Assembly: GCA_014378465.1 (NCBI GenBank)
Contig: JACMNQ010000057.1
Coordinates: forward strand, 134,103-198,102
DNA: 64,000 nt
Direction: 5' to 3'
From: Oligoflexia bacterium
GTDB lineage: Bacteria; Bdellovibrionota; UBA1018
Below are positions 56,082 through 64,000 of the stretch, one piece after another (the stretch's first letter is position 1; each line of letters starts with the position of its first letter). The position numbers and the translations under genes were made by a program. The notes under the pieces were generated by a model. The model saw only the letters and a list, made by a program, of their open reading frames with translations, did no database searches and was not told the DNA's origin.

Positions 56082-58456
56082 GTTCACCGTGGAAAGGAGA
56101 AGCCGTGTCTAAAAACGAAATGAATCAGATCGGTTCCGCACACGATGAGGTCCTCAAAACCGCTGTCAGTTCAGGCGCGACTTCAGTCCGGTGGGCCGGA
56201 CTGAGAACAGAGCTCGGCACTGGACCTTTGGAAAAGTCTTCTGGGGAAGTTCTCACTCACCACGAAGACAGTCTCGCGGGTATTTCCAGAAAATGGCGTG
56301 ACGCTCTGTTTTCGCCTCCTGTGGATCTGAAAACCGATCTTGAAAAAATTCTGTTCCTGACCACGGAAGCGGACACGACGATTGAATATCGAAGTGAGGC
56401 TCTCAGCGGCTATAACCTGAAAGCGCACTCGGGTGATGAGCTCACCGATGCCGCTCAGATTCGCTTCACTCCGCTCTTCAACGGTGGATTTCTCATTCAG
56501 AAGTCATTTCAGCTCGCGCAGCCGTCCTTCATGATCTTCGAACATTACGATTTCAGCGGGGCCTATCAGGGTCGCATACAGGCGCCGCCGCCCACTCCGC
56601 TCTATGTGCCGCTGACGGAGATGGAACCCGCCTGCCCGATCGCTTCGCACCTCTACAACACGCTGGCGTTCGAATATGAGCAGGCCGAAACCGGCACCGC
56701 GAACTCCAGGAGAATTCTCGGTGTCGAGACGCTGTTGCGGACACTTGCAACACTTCCGGCCCTGCCGTTTTCCTTCCGTCGCGGATTTCGCGATCTGGCG
56801 CTTGTACAGCTGCAGAAAAAGCTCCTTCAGAACGAGCTCGATCCCGCCCTGACTTTTCAGGAGAAGGAAGTGGTCAGGCTCAAGATCAAATCGGACCGCG
56901 CTCTGATCCTCAAGACCAAGGCGCGCATTCATCGACAGTCCGCGCTGAAGTTGAAATCGGCACTTTTCGTGATGGATCTTTCCACAAGGTTTCAGGGAAT
57001 TTTCGGACGCCCCCAGGAAAAAGTTCGCGGCGGTCTCTACAAGTACACGATCGGTGCCTTTCTCTGGTTCTTCGGGGTCGTCAAGGGCAACATCGGTTAC
57101 TCGATCGCTCTGGCGATCTACGGTCCGTTCACTTTCTATTTCATCACCCAGCCGATGAATCCCTACGCAATGTGGGCAGTCGGCAAGGTTCGCCAGGGTT
57201 ACATCAACACGATCAATGATGTGAAAACCCTTCAGGACAGCTCATCTCGGGTACTTCAGCACGTGACCGGCCTGGGTGCTTCCGGGGGCACGGCTGCGGC
57301 ACTCCTTCCTGAGCCGCTTCACACTCAGAACGCGGATCCTGCCCATTCGTCCGTGGCTCCGAGCCCCGTCCAGAACGCGACGCCTGCGCTGCCTCTGGTC
57401 ACCCTCAACCGATACTCGAGCTTCAAGCCTCGCTTCGAAAATCTGCTTCTGGCGACTGACGTGCCTGATGTGGACAAACAGAAGTGGCCAGACCGCATGA
57501 GCAACTTCAAAGCGATGCAGATCGCTTACGAAGAGAACATGCAGTTCTCGACTCGCATGGGTCGACTTGAGCAGATGGAAACGCAGCTCAACTTTCCTCT
57601 GATCGCGGAGTCCTCCTTCAGGCAGATGGAACGGTATCAAGACCTCCTGATGAAGATGCGCTCCAAGCTGGCTCGTCACCCCCAGGCGGCCGAACTGAAG
57701 ACTTACTTTGACCGCGAAGAACAGCGCACTCGGCAGTTCAAGCTTTATGTCTGGGACAAACTGATCCGGTACATGCTGGACCATCCCTATGTCGTCATGA
57801 ACGAAGGCAAGGACCAGAACTACGTCGACTACTATGTCGGACGCTCCTTCATCTTTCTCGAAGAAGTGACTGCAAGTCTGACGAAGGAATACCAGGGCCT
57901 CAGAAAACCGAAAGGCTATGCCGCTGTCGAAAAACTGGCTGGCACCTACAGGGACAGGCACGTGGATGCACCCAGCATCGAAGAACGCCTGGCCAAGAAC
58001 TCGCTCCTTGCCACTCAGAAGGATTTTTACGGATCCAATGAACTCCGCTCTTACCTGAAACGACAGTGGGAGCTTCTGTTTCTGTCTCAGAACCGCGCTC
58101 AGGAAGCCTCCAATTTCGGTCTGCAAACCTATACCTGGTCGGTACGAAATGCGATCTGGGCACTGGATGCTCTCCATTCTTCAAAAATTCACGAACTGCG
58201 CATGATCGGCGATGCCGTTGATCAGCATCAGAAGCTCGATGCTGCGATCAACGAAGAGAAGAAAAACGTGGAAAGCCTCTACGAGTCCCTCTTTCACATC
58301 ATGTCTCTCGAATATGTCAGCATCCGTCAGGAGTTGTCGGAACGCCTGGATGATGACATCGAATTCATCCAGAGGCAGACCGTGATTGAGAGCCTGAAAC
58401 AGAGTTTCACTGAACGCACGCAGTTCCTCAAGAGTCTTGCAAAGGGGACTTCTTGA
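56078..58456 (+). CDS. Large hypothetical membrane-anchored protein (792 aa)
   Basis: ATGA overlap with the upstream gene; central hydrophobic segment, Pro/Ala linker and helical C-terminal half. Confidence 0.8.
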   Translation: MSSPWKGEAVSKNEMNQIGSAHDEVLKTAVSSGATSVRWAGLRTELGTGPLEKSSGEVLTHHEDSLAGISRKWRDALFSPPVDLKTDLEKILFLTTEADTTIEYRSEALSGYNLKAHSGDELTDAAQIRFTPLFNGGFLIQKSFQLAQPSFMIFEHYDFSGAYQGRIQAPPPTPLYVPLTEMEPACPIASHLYNTLAFEYEQAETGTANSRRILGVETLLRTLATLPALPFSFRRGFRDLALVQLQKKLLQNELDPALTFQEKEVVRLKIKSDRALILKTKARIHRQSALKLKSALFVMDLSTRFQGIFGRPQEKVRGGLYKYTIGAFLWFFGVVKGNIGYSIALAIYGPFTFYFITQPMNPYAMWAVGKVRQGYINTINDVKTLQDSSSRVLQHVTGLGASGGTAAALLPEPLHTQNADPAHSSVAPSPVQNATPALPLVTLNRYSSFKPRFENLLLATDVPDVDKQKWPDRMSNFKAMQIAYEENMQFSTRMGRLEQMETQLNFPLIAESSFRQMERYQDLLMKMRSKLARHPQAAELKTYFDREEQRTRQFKLYVWDKLIRYMLDHPYVVMNEGKDQNYVDYYVGRSFIFLEEVTASLTKEYQGLRKPKGYAAVEKLAGTYRDRHVDAPSIEERLAKNSLLATQKDFYGSNELRSYLKRQWELLFLSQNRAQEASNFGLQTYTWSVRNAIWALDALHSSKIHELRMIGDAVDQHQKLDAAINEEKKNVESLYESLFHIMSLEYVSIRQELSERLDDDIEFIQRQTVIESLKQSFTERTQFLKSLAKGTS

Positions 58457-59391
58457 AAGCCCGAACTTCTCTTGCATTCTGCTCACTGACTCTCGCCGGC
58501 CTCGCAGCCGGAGCACTGCCGGCGACCCCCGCTCATGCGCAGTCCCAGCCAACTTCTGGTGTCCAACCCGCCGCCAACGCCGAGTCACAGGCTCATGCGT
58601 CTGGCTGGAGCGATTTCGGAAAAAAGCTTCAGCTCAAGTACTACACGGAATTTGACGGGCCCACACTGGACTATTCGAGCTCCAAACAGAGCTTCAATGT
58701 TCTGTCCGACTACCGGACTCCGGTGAATCTTTACCAGAGCCTGGAACTGAGTTACCTGATCACTCCCGATCTGAAATTCGGCGCCCAGCAGGGTTTCTTT
58801 CAGAACATGGCCCGAGAAGTGAAAACGAGTTATGGCTGGAATCACTCGACCAACCTCGTGACTTTCAATCCTCAGATTTTTCTCGTGCAGTACAATCTGA
58901 TCGACACACGGATCGTCAATCTGCAGCAGTCCACGACCATCGATGTCCCTCTCACGGAAAATGCGCGCATGACGCACTTTCACACCGCAATTCGCTCGAC
59001 CCAGGCCTGGCGTGTGGGCGCACTCAAGACCACCCGCTGGAATGTCGGAATCGACACGGACATGATCGAACGCTTTTACGCCAATACCATGGGTTGGAAC
59101 ACCTTCTACTTCTCGACGGGCCACCACGTTTCGTATCAGTTCAATCGGCATCTGCAGCTGGAGACCTGGAGCATTTTCGACATCGGCCACAAAGGCGGGC
59201 AGAAGAATCCGTCCGGTCAGGACCGAAAATGGTGGGAAATGAACGACGGCTTCGTGGACTTCATGAGAATTTCACTCAATTACAGCCCGTTCATCAATTC
59301 CTGGCAGATCACGCCATTCGTGCAGTCTCCGATCTACCACCGAAGCATCGACCGCATGATCGGCGGTTTTGAGATGACCGTCTGGATGTGA
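58453..59391 (+). CDS. Predicted outer-membrane beta-barrel protein
   Basis: TTGA overlap; signal peptide ending PAHA-Q; alternating aromatic strands; C-terminal GGFEMTVWM. Confidence 0.7.
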   Translation: MKARTSLAFCSLTLAGLAAGALPATPAHAQSQPTSGVQPAANAESQAHASGWSDFGKKLQLKYYTEFDGPTLDYSSSKQSFNVLSDYRTPVNLYQSLELSYLITPDLKFGAQQGFFQNMAREVKTSYGWNHSTNLVTFNPQIFLVQYNLIDTRIVNLQQSTTIDVPLTENARMTHFHTAIRSTQAWRVGALKTTRWNVGIDTDMIERFYANTMGWNTFYFSTGHHVSYQFNRHLQLETWSIFDIGHKGGQKNPSGQDRKWWEMNDGFVDFMRISLNYSPFINSWQITPFVQSPIYHRSIDRMIGGFEMTVWM

Positions 59392-59406
59392 AGTCGCGGC
59401 AGAAAT

Positions 59407-59441
59407 GAAAAACGCCGTGGCCTGAGCCAACGGCGCTTCTT
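59407..59441. terminator. Intrinsic terminator closing the three-gene operon
   Basis: CGCCGT-GGC-ctga-GCC-aACGGCG hairpin between convergent genes. Confidence 0.7.
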
Positions 59442-59477
59442 CAGAGAACTGACACAGGTCAGATCAATCGGGAACGC

Positions 59478-59780
59478 TCAGGCGGCGCTCTTCTTGTCCG
59501 TGGAGTCGGAGCCGCCTTCAAGCTTGACGAGCTTGTTGTAGATGCCCAGCAGCATGAACGCAGGGGCCCAGAGGCCGACGAAATTGGCGTATTCTTTTCT
59601 TTCAGCGAAGATCACGAGCCCTGCCGATAAAACCATGGAACCCACTGCGAGACCCAGGTAGCCAATGGAGGGCACCTTCGCAGTCTGGGATTCGACGCGC
59701 TTCGTGAAAGCGCCTTCCTTGTGTTCCTTATTTTCAGAGACGTCTTTCACAACATTTTTCAAAGCACTGGTATTCGTCAT
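59478..59780 (-). CDS. Small membrane protein (general-stress type hypothetical)
   Basis: GGAGGA RBS; E.QTAKVPS..YL.LA.GSM and FVG.WAP...LLGIYNKLVK. Confidence 0.8.
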   Translation of the reverse strand: MTNTSALKNVVKDVSENKEHKEGAFTKRVESQTAKVPSIGYLGLAVGSMVLSAGLVIFAERKEYANFVGLWAPAFMLLGIYNKLVKLEGGSDSTDKKSAA

Positions 59781-59822
59781 TTTGATTCCTCCTGAGGATG
59801 AGTGGGTGATGGCGACAGTCAT

Positions 59823-59838
59823 CGCAAGGTCAATGCCG
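59823..59838 (-). promoter_or_regulatory. Putative sigma54 promoter
   Basis: Minus strand CGGCATTGACCTTGCG. Confidence 0.55.
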
Positions 59839-59908
59839 GTTGCAGCAGGCAGCTTTGGAAAAACTGAACTTGTTTCGTCAGCTCAGGTTCCGTGGTAGAA
59901 CAGAAGTG

Positions 59909-60325
59909 ATGCAAAAGAATTTCTGGAAAGACGGAGTTCGCTTCGAATGTCAGGGTACGGGGCGCTGCTGTGTTTCTCGAGGCACACACGGGTATGTCTA
60001 CCTCACACTGAAGGACCGGAAGAGATTCGCAAAACACCTCGGCGTGTCGACGCAGGTCTTCTCAAAAGCCCACTGCGTGAAATCTGACGGATGGTACCAT
60101 CTCAAAGGGCCTGAGGGGGCCTGTCAATTTCTAAAAGAGAAGTCGTGCACGGTTTACGAAGCACGTCCTGCGCAGTGTCGTACCTGGCCCTTCTGGCCTG
60201 AAAACATGAACGCGAAGACCTGGAACGAAGAAGTGACCACTTTCTGTCCGGGCATTGGCAAGGGTCGTCTCTATTCCGCGGAAGAAATTGAGGACCTCCT
60301 GAAGCAGGATCCCCTCAATCAGTGA
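59909..60325 (+). CDS. YkgJ-family (CxxCxxCC) cysteine cluster protein
   Basis: FECQGTGRCC, C.FL....C.VYEARP.QCRTWPFW and CPGIG. Confidence 0.88.
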   Translation: MQKNFWKDGVRFECQGTGRCCVSRGTHGYVYLTLKDRKRFAKHLGVSTQVFSKAHCVKSDGWYHLKGPEGACQFLKEKSCTVYEARPAQCRTWPFWPENMNAKTWNEEVTTFCPGIGKGRLYSAEEIEDLLKQDPLNQ

Positions 60326-60780
60326 GTGGCGGGAGCGGCTGACTTCGGAGCTTCATCCTGAACGGGCTGAGCAGGCTGTGCTCCCGGGACCTGGCCGTTT
60401 TGATGAGCTGCGGATCCACATTCGTAGAGTCGAATCAGGCGCGCACCATGATAAGTGCCTCCTTTGTCGAGTTCCCACGGCGGATACGGGAAAAATTTCG
60501 CTTCGGCACATTGGCCGGAAGTGGCTACGGCCCACTGACGGTCTTCGCTGCTGGCCGTGTGAATCTCTCCGCGTTCGTCTTTGATCGCCACACCGAAAGA
60601 GTAAAGTTGCGCCTGGGTCACTCCACTTCCCACAATCGTGGTATTGGGATTCACCTTTTCAACATTCACGATCTGGCCGCGAATGGTCTTGGCAAAAACG
60701 TAACTGTAATACTTGACGCAGACAAACCCTGCGCTCAGCGCCAGAAGGACCAGAATGACGATGGAAAGAATCTTTTTCAC
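60319..60780 (-). CDS. Membrane-anchored hypothetical protein
   Basis: N-terminal TM, beta-rich body and PYPPW motif; TAAGTT-N6-GTG. Confidence 0.7.
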   Translation of the reverse strand: MKKILSIVILVLLALSAGFVCVKYYSYVFAKTIRGQIVNVEKVNPNTTIVGSGVTQAQLYSFGVAIKDERGEIHTASSEDRQWAVATSGQCAEAKFFPYPPWELDKGGTYHGARLIRLYECGSAAHQNGQVPGAQPAQPVQDEAPKSAAPATH

Positions 60781-60823
60781 AACTCGAACTTAAGCAGGAC
60801 CCGGCCCGGCATTCAAGCTGATT

Positions 60824-61143
60824 TTAACTTCTTGCCAGGAACTTGAGCCCCAGAGTTCCGGAGAGAATCAGCCCCAGGCAGAGGAGGCGCATGAAATCGC
60901 GCGGCTCGGCAAAGAAGAGAATTCCACAAAGTGCGGTGCCAGCCGCACCTATCCCGGTCCAGACCGCATACGAAGTTCCGAGGGGCAACGTTTTCATCGC
61001 CTGGGCGAGAAAGACGAAACTGAGAACCATGGCGAGGAGCCTGGACCTGCGCCTTGCAGAGAAGTCGCCTGCGAGAAGAACTTCAGTCCCAGAGCCCAGA
61101 CGATTTCAAGCAGTCCGGCGACGGTGAGGTAAAACCAGGCCAT
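60824..61143 (-). pseudogene. sugE: SMR transporter Gdx/SugE with a 1-nt frameshift
   Basis: MAWFYL.VAGLLEIVWA.GLK (ATG 61143) and AMVLSF...AMKTLPLGTSYAVWTGIG are in different frames; the 320-nt span is not a multiple of 3. Confidence 0.8.
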
Positions 61144-61164
61144 ATCAGTTCAAAACTCCAGGGC

Positions 61165-61608
61165 TCAATAATAGAAACGGCACTTCAGATTGCTGAAAGC
61201 CACTCCCGAGTTCCGATCGCGCGAGCGGAGAGAAGAGTCGTAGTCCTTGAAGACCTGCGGACGGACGTCCGGAAAAAGTCGGATATCCAGATTGAATCCT
61301 GCGGCCGTGAAATTGATCTGATTCATCACCCGGTCCAATCGAGCAAAGACGTTTCGATAGTCGAAGCGCTGAGCATCGGCCTGCTCCGGATTGATCGTCA
61401 GTGAAGCGTCTGAAAAGTAAGCGCTGGGAACAGACGAATTCTGCCAGATTTCGACCCGGACCTGAGCTTCGCCCGGACGTCTGAAGGTGTTCTCACACTC
61501 GACTGCATTCTGCGCATGAGCCTCGGCCCGGACCCATCCACTGGTCAGAAGTCCGCTGCTGAAGAAAGCCGAAAGCGTCATGAAGCGCAGAAGTGGAGTG
61601 GTTATCAT
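61165..61608 (-). CDS. Secreted hypothetical protein
   Basis: Signal peptide ending AHA-Q; a Cys near each end of the mature chain. Confidence 0.65.
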   Translation of the reverse strand: MITTPLLRFMTLSAFFSSGLLTSGWVRAEAHAQNAVECENTFRRPGEAQVRVEIWQNSSVPSAYFSDASLTINPEQADAQRFDYRNVFARLDRVMNQINFTAAGFNLDIRLFPDVRPQVFKDYDSSLRSRDRNSGVAFSNLKCRFYY

Positions 61609-61689
61609 GAGGCCCCTGATACCTCATTCAGCGCCTCAGAACGAGTTATTTGGCAAGCAAATCCCTGAAGCGAACTTGGCCCGGATGCG

Positions 61690-62283
61690 TCAAACCGTCT
61701 GTAAAGCAGGCTCAATCTCATGAAAAGCCAGATTGAGCACTGGATAGTCGCGCCAGCCCTTGAAGTTGAAGTGCCACCACTCGAACTTGATGCCTTCGTA
61801 GCCTTGAGCTTCCATGGAGGACCTCAGAAGATCACGCGCCTGACGCGATTCTGAAGTGCCTCCCGGGTAGTTTGCGTAGGACCGTTCCGTCATTTCATCA
61901 AAGGCACTGGGCATCTCGACTTCGAGTCCGGTCTCGAGATCATGGAGTCCAAGGTCGATGGCGCAACCCCGGTTGTGGATGGAGCCGGACTCAGGATTGG
62001 CGACGAAGATTCTCTTCTCTTCAGGAGTTTCATCCCAGAAGATTTTTGTGACCGACCAGGGGCGATAGCCGTCGAAGATCAACAGACCGTAACCGTGCGG
62101 GAGGAGCGAGCGATGAACACGCAGCAGCGCCTCGGCAGCGGGCTTCTGAAGAAATGCGCGCGCTTCAGTATAAACGGCTCTTCCGATGAAATTGTCCGAA
62201 GTCGCATAGCGGACGTCCAGTCGAAAGGTAGGATCGACTTCGGGAAGCTCAACCAGTTCATGGCGCGTTTCAAAACTTTTCAT
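61690..62283 (-). CDS. ddpX: D-Ala-D-Ala dipeptidase (M15D, VanX/DdpX)
   Basis: YAT.DNF.G, DGYRP, SIHNRGCAIDL and EWWHF. Confidence 0.92.
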   Translation of the reverse strand: MKSFETRHELVELPEVDPTFRLDVRYATSDNFIGRAVYTEARAFLQKPAAEALLRVHRSLLPHGYGLLIFDGYRPWSVTKIFWDETPEEKRIFVANPESGSIHNRGCAIDLGLHDLETGLEVEMPSAFDEMTERSYANYPGGTSESRQARDLLRSSMEAQGYEGIKFEWWHFNFKGWRDYPVLNLAFHEIEPALQTV

Positions 62284-62372
62284 ACGATCTTGAAAGCCTA
62301 CCAGAGCATTTGAAATTGGCAAATTGATCTACGAACAGAATGAAAATGATGCGCCGGCAGTCATGAACGAAG

Positions 62373-63428
62373 TCATGGGCCGCTCCCTTCCCCGGCGAAT
62401 TCGGTGGACCACCATTTCTGAAACTGATCCGCCGCATCCTTCTGACCCAGGAGCCAGGAAGCTTTCACAAAAGCGCACTCAGGTGTCATCTCTCCGGCCC
62501 AGTAACAGCCTTCCTGGAGGAGTTCGCGCCCGGCGGCGTAGGCCTTGGGATCGATCTTCAGGCCTGAGGCTCGGCTCATGCCTTCAGTGGCGATGATGAC
62601 GGGCAGGTTCTTCTTCCGGGCCAAGCTGATCAGATTCATGAAAGCCGGATCATGGGTCGGCGCCGTTCCGGAAGGAAATGCCAGAAGCAGAAGCGCCGAG
62701 ACGGAATCCAGAAGTGAGTCCGCGATGACCTTCGATGGAAATCCGGGAGTCACATGAAGAAGCGCGATCTTCTCATTGAAGACGGGCTGCAGCTTTGGAA
62801 CACGCTTCAGCGGTCTTGTGGCCGAGCTCTGGGCATACTGGATCGTCGTCCCCACCATCGCCAGAGGTGCGGTGCGAGGACTTTCAAACGCCCTGAAGTC
62901 GGACGCGCTCTCCTTGCGAGCACGATTGCCCTGAAGCAGACGATCATCAAAGAAAATCATCACCTGATTCATCTGCGGGCGGGGTCCGTGAGCCGCGATC
63001 TCGACCGCAGAAATCAGATTGCGCCTGGCGTCCGTTCGAAGTGCCGCGAGGGGCTTTTGCGCGCCGGTCAGGATGACCGGCTTTTTGCAGGGGGCCAGTA
63101 AAAAAGAGAGAGCACTCGCGGTGTAAGAGAGCGTATCCGTACCATGAAGGACCACTACGCCGTCATACTTGTCCCAGCGTTTCCGAATGCGCTCGGCAAG
63201 CATCGCCCAGTCAGCCGGCCCGACATGGGCACTGTCCCGGTTCATCAGGACATCCACATCACAACGCGCGAGCTGTCTGAGTTCGGGAATGTGATCATGA
63301 AAACGCTTTCGCAGACTGGCCGGATTGAGCTTCGGAATCTTGAGCTGAGTCGAAGTGGACGAAGCCACCATGCCGAAGGTGCCGCCAGTGTAGACGATGA
63401 GGACGCGAGGCAATTGAGTCATGTTCAT
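62373..63428 (-). CDS. ansA: Type I (cytoplasmic) L-asparaginase
   Basis: YTGGT.GM, DS, HGTDTL.YTASALSF, ILTGAQ.P and GNR..K motifs. Confidence 0.92.
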   Translation of the reverse strand: MNMTQLPRVLIVYTGGTFGMVASSTSTQLKIPKLNPASLRKRFHDHIPELRQLARCDVDVLMNRDSAHVGPADWAMLAERIRKRWDKYDGVVVLHGTDTLSYTASALSFLLAPCKKPVILTGAQKPLAALRTDARRNLISAVEIAAHGPRPQMNQVMIFFDDRLLQGNRARKESASDFRAFESPRTAPLAMVGTTIQYAQSSATRPLKRVPKLQPVFNEKIALLHVTPGFPSKVIADSLLDSVSALLLLAFPSGTAPTHDPAFMNLISLARKKNLPVIIATEGMSRASGLKIDPKAYAAGRELLQEGCYWAGEMTPECAFVKASWLLGQKDAADQFQKWWSTEFAGEGSGP

Positions 63429-63497
63429 TTCTTACCTCAGCTTCGGAGCTTTTGACAGTTGCCCGTGAGTGTGTTGAGTTTTACCCGTGAGTTCACC

Positions 63498-64000
63498 ATG
63501 GATTTAATCTACTGGGTCCGGCATCTTGGCGCACGGCTCAGACTGCGACGCCAGGTGGGCCTCTGGTATCACCCGGACTATCCCGTCAAGGTGCTGGGGC
63601 TTTCAGCCCGGTCGCTGGGCATTCATGTCGATCGCGCCGAAGTTGCGATGAGCAGCCTCATCCAGAAACACATTTTGAAAGCTTCGGATCTCCACTCCTC
63701 ACCCCTGGTCTCCATTCAGGACCTGGAGCGGGTTCACTCTCAGGATTACCTGGAATCGACTTCTCGTCCTGAAGTTCTGAGTCGCATCTTCGGCCTTGAA
63801 CCTTCCATCTCCTTTGACGTGGATCAACTTCTGAAGGCCCAGCGCAGAGCCGTGGGAGGAACGCTCGCCTGCGCGCAAGCCGTGGTTGCCGGGAAGTACC
63901 GGATCGCGGTCAACCTAGGAGGCGGCTTTCACCACGCCGAGCCTGAGCGTGGGGCCGGGTTCTGCGTGTACAATGATGTGGCCGTCGCGATCGCCGTCCT
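63498..64000 (+). CDS. Histone deacetylase-family protein (3' truncated by the window edge)
   Basis: Manual translation from ATG 63498 gives LERVHSQDYL...GGT...NLGGGFHHAE..RGAGFCVYNDVAVA. Confidence 0.9.
   Translation, partial: MDLIYWVRHLGARLRLRRQVGLWYHPDYPVKVLGLSARSLGIHVDRAEVAMSSLIQKHILKASDLHSSPLVSIQDLERVHSQDYLESTSRPEVLSRIFGLEPSISFDVDQLLKAQRRAVGGTLACAQAVVAGKYRIAVNLGGGFHHAEPERGAGFCVYNDVAVAIAV

Noticed and set aside
57242-58177. 311-aa minus-strand ORF inside the candidate operon
   Set aside because: Antisense to the translationally coupled 792-aa gene and has shadow-like composition
61690-62283. VanX as a vancomycin-resistance locus
   Set aside because: No vanH, vanA or vanRS nearby; consistent with housekeeping DdpX

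Overview
Chromosomal window (about 55% GC by eye) from a free-living diderm bacterium, most likely Bdellovibrionota. That assignment is inferred from an orphan FliG-C protein, the XRE regulator type, an HD-GYP protein, sigma54 promoters and many secreted hypotheticals. Most of the window is housekeeping: thyA-folA, purK-purE, murF-sua5, RluA/RlmI-type RNA modifiers, ABC-F, MATE, tesA-ybbA-ybbP-like genes, aceA, a DEAD-box helicase, mepA, mgsA, ddpX, ansA and tRNA-Val(CAC). I saw no CRISPR array, prophage or intact mobile element. The best candidate for an undescribed system is the translationally coupled operon at 52329-59391. It encodes a 1250-aa circularly permuted ATP-grasp ligase fused to a C-terminal HExxH domain, a 792-aa membrane-anchored helical protein and a predicted outer-membrane beta-barrel, and lacks the usual alpha-E/transglutaminase/Anbu partners. 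Other notable items are (1) an operon of zinc-independent ribosomal proteins that includes a Cys-free L24 and a degenerate COG0523 GTPase, (2) a stand-alone ~140-nt transcript with a very strong Shine-Dalgarno and a 15-codon ORF behind an rtcB remnant, (3) a recurring TANNNT-N6-start signature of leaderless mRNAs, (4) several sigma54 promoters, and (5) many internally deleted gene remnants in intergenic gaps. All family assignments come from motif recognition by eye; no database search was run.
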